Source: Eubacteriales bacterium (lineage in GTDB: Bacteria > Bacillota > Clostridia > Oscillospirales > CAG-272). Taken from it: a stretch of 64,000 bases of DNA. Where the stretch lies: positions 166 through 64,165 of the forward strand of contig JAZRAJ010000091.1 of the NCBI GenBank assembly GCA_045634485.1, written 5' to 3'. Shown one piece after another: positions 39,392-48,578 of the stretch. The notes beneath the pieces are model-generated. The model was given only the letters and a program-made list of their open reading frames with translations, did not search any database and was not told the DNA's origin. A program made the translations under genes and the position numbers. The number at the start of each line of letters is the position of its first letter. Position 1 is the stretch's first letter.

Positions 39392-40027
39392 ATGGACTAT
39401 AATATTTTTGAAAAATTACTAAAAATGAATAAAACCACCGTTTACCGCGTATCAAAGGAAACGGGTATAGCCGCCTCAACCCTTAGCGATTGGAAAAGCG
39501 GACGCTCGGTTCCAAAGCTTGATAAAATAAAGCTTATTGCAAATTACTTTGACGTTCCGCTTGAGTATATGCTTACGGGAGATAGCGACACGCTTTTAAT
39601 TGAGGATAGCAGTGCAAAGCGAGCGCCGTTTCAGCGTGGAAAGCGAGTTGCGATAATTGGAGAGATACGCGCAGGCTCGCCGATTATAACAAACGAGTCG
39701 ATACAGGGCTACGAGTATGCCGAGGTTGCGGATGCCGAGGAGTATTTTTATCTTCGTGTGCAGGGCGACAGTATGAAGAATATCGGAATGATAGAGGGCT
39801 CGCTCGTGCTTTTTCACAAGCAGCAGTACGCCGAGGACGGAGATATAGTTGCTTGCCTTGTTGGTGGGGATAGCGCAACAGTTAAGCGCTTTAGACGCTC
39901 AAAGAAAAATATTTTTCTCGTTCCCGAAAACGATGATTACACCCCGATAAGGCTTACCACCGATGATTTTGAGTCGGGCGAGGCACGTATTCTCGGAGTT
40001 GCGTGCGAAATTAAAATAAAGCTGTAA
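39392..40027 (+). CDS. XRE-HTH / S24 peptidase repressor (LexA/CI-like, self-cleaving type)
   Basis: HTH_3 N-terminus (TVYRVSKETGIAASTLSDWKSGRSVP). S24 motifs VQGDSMKN (Ser) and ATVKRF (Lys). Confidence 0.85.
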   Translation: MDYNIFEKLLKMNKTTVYRVSKETGIAASTLSDWKSGRSVPKLDKIKLIANYFDVPLEYMLTGDSDTLLIEDSSAKRAPFQRGKRVAIIGEIRAGSPIITNESIQGYEYAEVADAEEYFYLRVQGDSMKNIGMIEGSLVLFHKQQYAEDGDIVACLVGGDSATVKRFRRSKKNIFLVPENDDYTPIRLTTDDFESGEARILGVACEIKIKL

Positions 40028-40057
40028 GGATTAAAAATATAAATAAGGATATAAAAG

Positions 40058-42007
40058 ATGATTGCTTTAACAGTAGATAATATTTCTCATTCCTTTGGTA
40101 CGAAGCCTGTTCTTGCGGATATTTCCTTCTCGCTTGACGAAAGCGATAGGCTTGGCGTTATAGGCGTTAACGGCTCGGGAAAATCAACGCTTTTTAAAAT
40201 ATTACTTGGCGAGCTTGAGCCTGAGCAGGGCGGAGTTTATATTTCCAAGGATAAAAGCGTTGGAATATTAAAGCAGGACGATGCTATGGCGGCGTTCTCA
40301 GATGACGAGCAGAATATGCCTGTGCTTGAGGTAATGTATAATTCCTTTCCGCATCTTCTCTCAATGGAGAGTAGGCTGCTTATGCTTGAGGAGCTTTTGC
40401 ACAGCGGAGATGAGGGCTCGGAGGAGTATTCCCGTGCCGTGCGTGAGTATTCAACGCTAAATGAAAAATTTATCGCCGAGGGTGGACTTGAGTTCAAGGC
40501 TCGATGCGCCTCGACATTGCTTAAGATGGGCTTTGACGAAAAGGACCAAGGGCGCTCCTTTTGCGAGTTTAGCGGAGGGCAGAGAACTCGACTTGCTCTA
40601 ACTCGTGAGCTTTGCCGTGCACCCGATATTTTGCTTTTGGACGAGCCGACAAATCACCTTGATATGGAAACGCTCCAATGGCTTGAGGGCTTTTTGTCAT
40701 CATATAAAAAGTGCTTGCTCGTTATCTCACACGATAGATATTTTCTTGATAGAGTAACTAATAAAACGCTTTGCATTGAGAATAACCGCGCAAGGCTTTA
40801 TAACGGTGGCTACACCAAGGCGATGGAGCAAAAAAGGGTTGACCGTGAGATAGAGGAGCGACATTATAAAAATCAGCAAAGGGAGATAGCACGTCAGGAG
40901 GCGTATATCGCTCAGCAGAGGGCTTGGAACAGAGAGCGGAATATTATTGCCGCCGAGAGCCGTCAAAAGCTGCTTGATAAAATGGAAAAAATAGAGCGTC
41001 CGCAGGATGCTCCTAAGGGCGTTAAAATTAGATTTGCCGATGCCCCTGCAAGCGGAAACGAGGTTATGAACGTTAGGGATATAGCGTTTGCCTACCCCGG
41101 AGGTAGGAACGTGCTTTTGGATGTAGGCTTTGGCGTGCGTAAGGGAGATAAGCTCTTTTTGGTGGGCGCTAACGGAAGTGGAAAGTCAACGCTTATAAAG
41201 CTTATACTCGGTAAGCTTTTGCCATCCTCGGGATATATCGAGATGGGATATAACGTTCGACTTGGATATTATGATCAGGAAAACCAAAACCTTTCTCCGC
41301 AAAACACCGTTTTAGAGGAGCTTTGGAGTGCTTATCCGCATCTTACCGAGCTTGAGGTGCGTAACACGCTTGCTCAATTTAGATTTATCGGTGACGACGT
41401 TTATTTGCGTGTTTGCGAGCTTAGCGGTGGAGAGCGAGCGCGGCTTACTCTTTCAAAGCTAACTCTTATGCAAACTAATTTACTCGTGCTTGACGAGCCG
41501 ACGAACCACCTTGATATAGCATCGCGTGAGGCACTTGAGGAGGCGCTCGACTCCTACGAGGGAACCGTTGTAATAGTTTCGCACGACCGTTATTTTATCG
41601 AAAAGCTTGCAACGAGAATAATAGATATTATTCCCGCATCGGAGGGCGGTGGCTCGGTTGACGTTACGGTGCTAAGCCGAGGTCAGGGCTATTCCGAGCT
41701 TTGCCGTGACCGTGAAAGACGTCAGGCACAAAAGGTTGAGGCTTTGGACGGTAGCGTATCCTCAATGAGTAGTGCAAAGGAGCAATATTTAAAAAATAAA
41801 AAGGAAAATGCCGACTCACGCAAGGCTAAAAAGCAATTGGAACGCTTGCAAAGGGAGGCAACGAAAATCGAGGAGGAGCTTACCCAAATCGATGAGGAGA
41901 TGAACGGCGAGGCGGCGTACGATTATAACCGTCTTACCGAGCTTGATGAAAAAAAGAACGCTCTTGAGGAGCGCTTGCTTGAAATTTATGAGGAGCTTGA
42001 GGGCTAA
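40058..42007 (+). CDS. ABC-F family ATPase (two ABC domains, C-terminal coiled coil)
   Basis: GVNGSGKST / LSGGQRTRLAL / LLLDEPTNHLD, then GANGSGKST / LSGGERARL / LVLDEPTNHLD. No TM domain. Confidence 0.92.
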   Translation: MIALTVDNISHSFGTKPVLADISFSLDESDRLGVIGVNGSGKSTLFKILLGELEPEQGGVYISKDKSVGILKQDDAMAAFSDDEQNMPVLEVMYNSFPHLLSMESRLLMLEELLHSGDEGSEEYSRAVREYSTLNEKFIAEGGLEFKARCASTLLKMGFDEKDQGRSFCEFSGGQRTRLALTRELCRAPDILLLDEPTNHLDMETLQWLEGFLSSYKKCLLVISHDRYFLDRVTNKTLCIENNRARLYNGGYTKAMEQKRVDREIEERHYKNQQREIARQEAYIAQQRAWNRERNIIAAESRQKLLDKMEKIERPQDAPKGVKIRFADAPASGNEVMNVRDIAFAYPGGRNVLLDVGFGVRKGDKLFLVGANGSGKSTLIKLILGKLLPSSGYIEMGYNVRLGYYDQENQNLSPQNTVLEELWSAYPHLTELEVRNTLAQFRFIGDDVYLRVCELSGGERARLTLSKLTLMQTNLLVLDEPTNHLDIASREALEEALDSYEGTVVIVSHDRYFIEKLATRIIDIIPASEGGGSVDVTVLSRGQGYSELCRDRERRQAQKVEALDGSVSSMSSAKEQYLKNKKENADSRKAKKQLERLQREATKIEEELTQIDEEMNGEAAYDYNRLTELDEKKNALEERLLEIYEELEG

Positions 42008-42030
42008 GCTGAATTTAGGAGGTAATAAAA

Positions 42031-42723
42031 ATGATAGGAATTATTGGCGCTATGAGCGTTGAGGTTGCCGAGCTTAAGGCGAAGGTTACAGACGCAAAAA
42101 AGGAGATTGTGTTCGGCACGGAATATGTAAGCGGTAAGCTTTGTGGCAAGGATGTTGTTATTGCACAGTGCGGAGTCGGTAAGGTTTTTGCGGCTACCTG
42201 CGCTTCAACTATGATACTGAAATATAACGTAAATGCAGTGATAAATACTGGCGTTGCGGGAACTCTTGTTTCTTGCCTTAATATACTTGACTTTGCGGTT
42301 TCCTCGGCGGTTGTTCAGCACGATATGGATACTACGGCGGTTGGGGATGCGCCCGGACTTCTTTCGGGCATAAATATGGTGGAAATTCCTGCCTCTCGCC
42401 GTCTTTCAAGCCTTGCGCTTAACACGGTGCTTGATCAAGGCACGGCTTGCGCTCGCGGAATTATTGCATCGGGAGATCAGTTTATTTCAAGCGTTGAAAG
42501 AAAGGATTATATACGCACCACCTTTGGCGCAATTGCGTGTGAAATGGAGGGTGCGGCGGTAGGTCACGTTTGCTATCTTGCGGGCGTTGAGTTCGTTATA
42601 ATCCGTTGCATTTCGGATAGCGCTACGGGCGAGGCAGAAATGGAGTATCCCGAAATGGTAAGCCACGCGGCTAAAAAATCCGAGGCGGTGGTTTTGGGTA
42701 TGCTTGAGGCTATGGAGGACTGA
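42031..42723 (+). CDS. mtnN: 5'-methylthioadenosine/S-adenosylhomocysteine nucleosidase
   Basis: MIGIIGAMSVEV, GVGKV, EMEGAAV motifs. Confidence 0.92.
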   Translation: MIGIIGAMSVEVAELKAKVTDAKKEIVFGTEYVSGKLCGKDVVIAQCGVGKVFAATCASTMILKYNVNAVINTGVAGTLVSCLNILDFAVSSAVVQHDMDTTAVGDAPGLLSGINMVEIPASRRLSSLALNTVLDQGTACARGIIASGDQFISSVERKDYIRTTFGAIACEMEGAAVGHVCYLAGVEFVIIRCISDSATGEAEMEYPEMVSHAAKKSEAVVLGMLEAMED

Positions 42724-42724
42724 T

Positions 42725-43198
42725 ATGAATAACGTAAATGAGGTAAGAAGAATAAGCAGCTTCTCGGTTGATCACGACCTAATCGACGAGGGGATATACG
42801 TATCTCGAATTGACGGAGATATAACAACCTACGATATGCGCACCCGTAAGCCTAATATGGGCGACTATATGGATAATATAACCATGCACTCGGTTGAGCA
42901 TATGTTCGCAACCTATATAAGAAATTCGAAAATCGGTGGCGACGTTATATATTTTGGACCGATGGGATGCCGTACGGGATTTTATCTTCTCGTAAGAGAG
43001 GCAGATAACGCCGTTGTGCTTAACGAGGTCAAGGCGGTTCTTGCAAGAATTGCGTTTGAATCAAGCGAAATGTTTGGCGCTTCAAGAGTGGAGTGCGGAA
43101 ATTATCTCGAGCTTTCGCTCGACGCTGCAAAGGTTGAGGCTAAGCGCTATCTTGATATATTAAATTCAAGAGAGCAGAGCTTTGCTTATAATAATTAA
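42725..43198 (+). CDS. luxS: S-ribosylhomocysteine lyase
   Basis: Start moved to ATG 42725, 1 nt after the mtnN stop. HSVEHMFATY and GPMGCRTGFY metal-site motifs. Confidence 0.93.
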   Translation: MNNVNEVRRISSFSVDHDLIDEGIYVSRIDGDITTYDMRTRKPNMGDYMDNITMHSVEHMFATYIRNSKIGGDVIYFGPMGCRTGFYLLVREADNAVVLNEVKAVLARIAFESSEMFGASRVECGNYLELSLDAAKVEAKRYLDILNSREQSFAYNN

Positions 43199-43221
43199 TA
43201 TAATGAAAAGGGGTAGGAAAA

Positions 43222-44085
43222 ATGGCAATTAAAATGAACAACTGGACAAATGCAAACCGTAAGGTTATTTGCGAGCTTGACAATTTTAGAGTGGTTGAGC
43301 ATCAAAAGGATTTAAGCGTTAGCCGCGCAAGCGCTGTTAACGAGTATTTCTCCTCACAAATGAACGTAAAGCGCAGACAGGTTGAGATATCGCTTGACGG
43401 TAGAGGAACCGTGAAAACGCAGGCAGGCGCTATGCAGATGCTTGTAGGCAATATTTCTATGGAAACCGGTGTAAAGAGCGCAAAGAGCTTCTTGGGCTCT
43501 ATGGTTAAGTCGGCGGTTACCAACGAAACCGCAGTTAAGCCTGAGTATTCAGGTGTAGGTCAGCTTATACTCGAGCCTACCTATAAGCATATTATATTGC
43601 AGGAGGTTTCCGATTGGGGACCTGCAGGACTCGTTATCGAGGACGGAATGTTCTTGGCAAGTCAGGGAAGTGTTCAACATTCGGTTATATCTCTTACTAA
43701 TGATATAGGTACTGCATTTTTGAGCAACGAGGGATTGTTTAATTTGTGCTTTACAGGCTCGGGCGTTGTAGCGCTTGAAAGCTACGTTCCCATGGAGGAG
43801 CTTATAGAAATAGAGCTTCATGATGACGTATTGAAGATTGACGGTAATATGGCGGTTTGCTGGAGTGGCTCGTTGAGATTTTCAATAGAAAAGGCAACAA
43901 AGAAATTCCTTGGCTCGCTTGCAAGCGGAGAGGGCTTTGTAAACGTTTACAGAGGTACGGGTAAGGTATGGGTTTCTCCCGTGTCGGGCACTCGTGAAAG
44001 CACGCCTAAGGGAATGAGCAACGGCGGAAGCACCGATAAGGACCCTAAGCCAAGCGGTGGATTCCTTGACTCTTTGTTTGGTTAA
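43222..44085 (+). CDS. AIM24-family protein
   Basis: Length and sequence pattern (VKTQAGAMQMLVGNI..., GQLILEPTYKHI, GLVIEDGMFLA, GEGFVNVYRGTGKVWV) are typical of the AIM24/DUF124 family. Confidence 0.75.
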   Translation: MAIKMNNWTNANRKVICELDNFRVVEHQKDLSVSRASAVNEYFSSQMNVKRRQVEISLDGRGTVKTQAGAMQMLVGNISMETGVKSAKSFLGSMVKSAVTNETAVKPEYSGVGQLILEPTYKHIILQEVSDWGPAGLVIEDGMFLASQGSVQHSVISLTNDIGTAFLSNEGLFNLCFTGSGVVALESYVPMEELIEIELHDDVLKIDGNMAVCWSGSLRFSIEKATKKFLGSLASGEGFVNVYRGTGKVWVSPVSGTRESTPKGMSNGGSTDKDPKPSGGFLDSLFG

Positions 44086-44121
44086 TATCTAATTCTTATA
44101 TAAGATTATTATATAAGAATT

Positions 44122-44170
44122 AAAAATCAAGGGAGAACCCTCACGAGGGCTCTCCCTTGATTTGTTTTTT
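44122..44170. terminator. bidirectional terminator between the convergent AIM24-family gene and dapB
   Basis: A5-TCAAGGGAGA-ACCCTCACGAGGGC-TCTCCCTTGA-TTTGTTTTTT. Confidence 0.8.
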
Positions 44171-44211
44171 ATATAGCATATTTGGCACAAGAGGCGCAAA
44201 AAAATATTTAC

Positions 44212-44970
44212 TTACTTCCCCTCAATCATATCGGTCATATTGTAAAGACCGTTTTCTTTTTTAGAGAGATAGATAGCGGCGCGGATAGCACCGGTTGCAA
44301 AGATTTCACGAGATGCCGCCGAGTGAGAAATGGTAACTATCTCGTTCTCGCCTGCAAAAATAGCCTCGTGCTCGCCAACAATGGTTCCGCCTCGAACCGA
44401 GTGTATGCCTATTTCCTTGGATTCGCGAGCCTTACGAACCGAATGGCGGTCATATACGTATTCGCTCTCGGTGCGCTCACTTGCAATTGCGTCTGCAATC
44501 ATAATAGCCGTTCCGCTTGGAGCGTCGAGCTTTTTGTTGTGATGCTTTTCAACTACCTCAACGTCGAAGTCCATTCCAAGAGTTTTTGCCGCTTGCTTTG
44601 CAAGGGTAATAAGAAGATTTATACCAAGGGAGAAGTTGCCCGAACGGAATATAGCAATTTCACTTGCCGCATCGTTTATAAGCGCAAGCTCCTCGTCGGT
44701 GTGACCTGTGGTTGCAATAACAATGGGGGTTTTCGTGCTTTTTGCGTATTCTATAAGAGAGTAGATTGCAGTGTGGTGCGAAAAGTCGATTATAACGTCT
44801 GCCTTATCGGGAAAGTCGGAGATTTTTTCGTATATAGGAAAATCGCAAGCCGCCGCAAGCGATGAGGCGTTTATGTCAACGCCCGCAACTATAGAGCAAT
44901 CGCCCTTAGCCGATGCAATTATTGCCTTACCCATTCTTCCGCCGCATCCGCAAAGAATAATATTAGTCAT
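44212..44970 (-). CDS. dapB: 4-hydroxy-tetrahydrodipicolinate reductase
   Basis: GCGGRMGKA NAD(P)-binding motif. EKHHNKKLDAPSGTA signature. Confidence 0.95.
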   Translation of the reverse strand: MTNIILCGCGGRMGKAIIASAKGDCSIVAGVDINASSLAAACDFPIYEKISDFPDKADVIIDFSHHTAIYSLIEYAKSTKTPIVIATTGHTDEELALINDAASEIAIFRSGNFSLGINLLITLAKQAAKTLGMDFDVEVVEKHHNKKLDAPSGTAIMIADAIASERTESEYVYDRHSVRKARESKEIGIHSVRGGTIVGEHEAIFAGENEIVTISHSAASREIFATGAIRAAIYLSKKENGLYNMTDMIEGK

Positions 44971-45006
44971 ATTAAAACACCTTTCTTTTGTACGTGTTAG
45001 ACTTAA

Positions 45007-45900
45007 TTAAAGCAAGCCGTGCTTCTTAAGCGAAGATACGAGTCTTGCCTTGGTAGCATCCTCCATCTCGCAAAGGGGCAAGCGCATTTCGATATCGCAA
45101 AGTCCCATTTCTGCCATAGCAGTCTTTACGGGAACGGGGTTTACCTCGCAGAAGAGGGAGTTGATAAGCTCAAGATACTTAAGCTGGAGAGCCGCCGCAT
45201 CCTTATAATTACTGTTAAGGCAAAGCTTTGCCATATCGTGTGTTTCCTTGGGGAGAAGGTTAGAGAGAACCGAAATTACACCCTGACCACCAAGCGACAT
45301 AATTGGAACTATCTGGTCGTCGTTGCCCGAGTAAACGTCAAGGCTATCTCCGCACTCTGCAATAAGCTCGGCAACGGCGCTAATGTTGCCCGAGGCCTCC
45401 TTTACGGCAACGATTCTCTCGTGCTTTGCAAGCTCCTTGTAAACGGGGAGAGAAATGTTGCATCCCGTACGAGAGGGAACGTTATAAAGAATTATAGGCT
45501 TGTCGGTAGCCTCTGCGGTGTCAAGAAAGCTCTTAATGAGTCCCTTGGGGGTTGCTTTGTTGTAGTAGGGAGTTACGAGAAGGAGTGCGTCTGCGCCAAT
45601 CTCGCAAGCGTATTTTGAAAGCTCAATACCGTATGCGGTATCGTTGGAGCCTGTTCCCGCAATAACGGGAACTCTGCCCGCTACTGTGTCAACAACGAAC
45701 TTCATACAGTCCATATGCTCCTCGTGAGTAAGGGTTGCCGCCTCGCCTGTAGTGCCTGCAACAACGATTGCGTCAATGCTTCCCGCAATCTGCTGCTCGA
45801 TGATATTTTTAAAGCTTGCGTAGTCAATTGTGCCGTTTTTAAAGGGCGTTATGATAGCGGTTGCAGCTCCTGTGAATATTGATTTCTTAAGTTTGCTCAT
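45007..45900 (-). CDS. dapA: 4-hydroxy-tetrahydrodipicolinate synthase
   Basis: GTTGEAATLT, YNVPSRTG, VAVKEASGN (Schiff-base Lys). Confidence 0.95.
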   Translation of the reverse strand: MSKLKKSIFTGAATAIITPFKNGTIDYASFKNIIEQQIAGSIDAIVVAGTTGEAATLTHEEHMDCMKFVVDTVAGRVPVIAGTGSNDTAYGIELSKYACEIGADALLLVTPYYNKATPKGLIKSFLDTAEATDKPIILYNVPSRTGCNISLPVYKELAKHERIVAVKEASGNISAVAELIAECGDSLDVYSGNDDQIVPIMSLGGQGVISVLSNLLPKETHDMAKLCLNSNYKDAAALQLKYLELINSLFCEVNPVPVKTAMAEMGLCDIEMRLPLCEMEDATKARLVSSLKKHGLL

Positions 45901-45944
45901 AAATAAGTGTTTCCTTTCAAAAATAATTTAAAAGAATTCATATA

Positions 45945-46196
45945 AAAACAAAAAAACTGGTTGAAAACCAGCTGAATTTGTACTATAATATAAGGGAGCA
46001 AAATTTTCCCCTGTTACAGTCAACAAAAACAGATAGCTCTCCATCAAAAAGATGACAGTCCCACGATTATGCATCGAAGGACCAGAAAGTGCGCCGCCGC
46101 AGCGCGCTATCTTCGGCGTTCTACCCTTGGTGTTATCCTCGGCGGTCACGGCGACCATCGGATAAAAGCATCAGTTGTAAAACGCGCCTCTATCAT
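45945..46196 (-). promoter_or_regulatory. lysine riboswitch (L-box) with terminator, leader of dapA-dapB
   Basis: Minus strand reads GATAGAGGCGCG...GCCGAAG...TGGGACTGTCA...TGGAGAGCTATC, which are L-box hallmark blocks. This is followed by the CTGGTT-TTC-AACCAG hairpin plus T7 (45948-45971). Confidence 0.8.
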
Positions 46197-46278
46197 TATT
46201 ATATGTATCCTACATATTATAATAGCATAGATTTCATTTTATGTCAATAGTTTTAAATATTTTAAAAAGGATTTTTTT

Positions 46279-47352
46279 ATGATTATTATTAACGAGAAGA
46301 AGCCTACCGAGCTTTTAGCATCAGATTTTTATTACGATCTTCCCGAGCGCTTGATTGCCCAGCACCCAATGGAGAAGAGAGATCACTCTCGCCTTATGGT
46401 TATAGACCGCAAGAGCGGAGAGGTAACGGACAAGCATTTTTACGATATAATCGATTACTTGCGTGAGGGCGACGTGCTTGTTATCAACGATTCAAAGGTT
46501 ATCCCCGCACGTCTTTACGGACATCTTGAGGGACGTGAGGAGGCACTTTTGGAGCTTTTGCTTCTTCGTCAGCACAACCTTGACGAGTGGGAGTGCCTTG
46601 TTAAGCCGGGTAAGCGAGCAAAAATCGGAAATAAGGCAGTTTTTGGCAACGGTATTCTCCTTGGTGAGGTTATAGACATAGTTGAGGAGGGTAACCGAGT
46701 AATTAAATTCGATTACGACAGAGAGCGCTACACAAGCATATACGAGGTTTTGCAGGAGGTCGGTATGATGCCGTTGCCCCCATACATAACCGAGCGCCTT
46801 GAGGATAAATCACGCTATCAAACGGTTTACGCTCGTGAGGAGGGCTCTGCGGCGGCACCCACGGCAGGACTTCACTTCACGCCCGAGCTTTTGCAAAAAA
46901 TAAAGGATAAGGGCGTAAAAATCGCACCCGTTATGCTTCACGTCGGTCTTGGAACCTTTCGTCCTGTAAAGGTTGAGCGTATTGACGAGCATATTATGCA
47001 CACAGAGTTTTTCTCCGTATCGCGAGAGAGCGCCGAGATAATTAACACCGCAAAGGCAAACGGCGGCAGAATTATCTGCGTTGGAACCACCTCGTGCAGA
47101 ACTATCGAGAGCGTTGCCGAGGATAATGGACATATCCCCGCTATGACGGGAGATACGGGTATATTTATTTATCCCGGATATAAATTTAAGGCGGTGGATG
47201 CGCTTATCACAAATTTCCATCTCCCCGAAAGCACGTTGCTTATGCTCGTTTCGGCTTTCTATGATAAGGAAAAAATGATGGAAATATATAATAATGCCGT
47301 AAGCAAGGAATATCGATTTTTTTCCTTTGGCGACGCGATGCTGATTGTATAA
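46279..47352 (+). CDS. queA: S-adenosylmethionine:tRNA ribosyltransferase-isomerase
   Basis: [30 protein letters not shown] motifs. Confidence 0.93.
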   Translation: MIIINEKKPTELLASDFYYDLPERLIAQHPMEKRDHSRLMVIDRKSGEVTDKHFYDIIDYLREGDVLVINDSKVIPARLYGHLEGREEALLELLLLRQHNLDEWECLVKPGKRAKIGNKAVFGNGILLGEVIDIVEEGNRVIKFDYDRERYTSIYEVLQEVGMMPLPPYITERLEDKSRYQTVYAREEGSAAAPTAGLHFTPELLQKIKDKGVKIAPVMLHVGLGTFRPVKVERIDEHIMHTEFFSVSRESAEIINTAKANGGRIICVGTTSCRTIESVAEDNGHIPAMTGDTGIFIYPGYKFKAVDALITNFHLPESTLLMLVSAFYDKEKMMEIYNNAVSKEYRFFSFGDAMLIV

Positions 47353-47562
47353 AATCCGCAATACCGCGTTGTCGGGCGACGCAGTCGGCTCGGAGTAGGT
47401 AACTACACCGTCGCCTTCCTTGCGCCCTTACGCCTTGTCTTGCGAATTTTCTCCTAACCAGCATATTTCGTCTTGTATAGCATCAACATTGTAGACTCGA
47501 TGCTTATTCAGTGAGCATGCAATGAATTGCACAGACGTGCATATAAAAAAGGAGGCATTGCT

Positions 47563-48519
47563 TTGAATAATTTGAATAAAAAGAAAATACTTGCCGTTGT
47601 CGGTCCAACTGCGAGCGGAAAAAGTGCGTTAGCGCTTGAGCTTGCAAGGCAATACGGCGGCGAAATAGTATCCTGCGATTCTATGCAGATATACAAAAGA
47701 ATGAATATTGGAACGGCAAAGCCAACGGCGGACGAGCTTTTGGCAGTTCCTCATCATATGATAGATATTGCCGAGCCAACCGACAATTTTTCCTGCGAGG
47801 ATTACGTAAGGCTTGCCTCGGCGGCTATAGACGATATCTGCTCGCGCGGTAAGCTACCAATCGTTTGCGGCGGCACGGGGCTTTATCTTGATGCGCTTTT
47901 GCGTGGCGGAGTTTCTGCTCCCTCTATTGATACAAGCGACATTCGCACCGAGCTTTGCGCACGCGCCGAGAGGGAGGGCATCGACAATCTTTACGCCGAG
48001 CTTAAGGCGGTTGACCCCGAGAGCGCTGCGGCAATTCATCCAAATAACGAGAAGCGTATTATTCGTGCGCTTGAGATATATCTTGCCACGGGCAGAACAA
48101 AGTCCGAGCTTGACAGAGAGTCAAGGGGCTTTGAGTCGCCGTATGACGCCACGGTTGCCTATCTCACCTTTGAAAGCCGAGATATTCTTTACAGCCGAAT
48201 TGACCGCAGGGTGGATATGATGGTAAGCGACGGACTTGTCGAGGAGGCACGTAGCCTTATGGACGAGGGCGTTTTCGCACTTAACAGAACGGCGGCGCAG
48301 GCTATTGGATATAAGGAGCTTTTTGGATATTTAGAGGGCAGAGAGTCGCTTGATAGCGCTCTTGAGGCGCTAAAGCGTTCAACGAGAAGATACGCTAAGC
48401 GACAGATAACCTGGTTTTCCGCAAAGGATTACGCTATACCTCTAACGGTAGACGAGGAAAAAGAGATAAAAAGCTTTGAAAATATTGTAAATAATGCAAA
48501 AAAGCTCTTTTCACTTTGA
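47563..48519 (+). CDS. miaA: tRNA dimethylallyltransferase
   Basis: AAGGAGG RBS, then TTG 47563 (the ORF track starts at 47527). P-loop VVGPTASGKS, CDSMQIY, GGTGLY. Confidence 0.9.
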   Translation: MNNLNKKKILAVVGPTASGKSALALELARQYGGEIVSCDSMQIYKRMNIGTAKPTADELLAVPHHMIDIAEPTDNFSCEDYVRLASAAIDDICSRGKLPIVCGGTGLYLDALLRGGVSAPSIDTSDIRTELCARAEREGIDNLYAELKAVDPESAAAIHPNNEKRIIRALEIYLATGRTKSELDRESRGFESPYDATVAYLTFESRDILYSRIDRRVDMMVSDGLVEEARSLMDEGVFALNRTAAQAIGYKELFGYLEGRESLDSALEALKRSTRRYAKRQITWFSAKDYAIPLTVDEEKEIKSFENIVNNAKKLFSL

Positions 48520-48578
48520 GCTTTTTGTGGTATAATATATTGATATGATTCTTTAATTTTTTGAAGGGAGGAGATTTT

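Noticed and set aside
39392-40027. Calling this gene the canonical SOS repressor lexA
   Set aside because: The N-terminal DNA-binding domain is XRE/HTH_3 type, not the LexA winged helix. No GAAC-N4-GTTC box is visible in the promoter region. It is annotated as a LexA/CI-like S24 repressor only.
44182-44865. Long antisense ORFs opposite well-supported genes (44182-44865 vs dapB; 45019-45618 vs dapA; 46810-47361 vs queA; 57183-58490 vs the EF-G paralogue; 59516-60157 vs the antiporter; 9319-9810 and 7625-8080 vs the GTPases; 12635-13099 and 22371-22613 vs the integrases)
   Set aside because: Each lies fully inside a gene with strong family motifs on the other strand. They lack RBSs and have low-complexity or odd composition. 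These are typical shadow ORFs.
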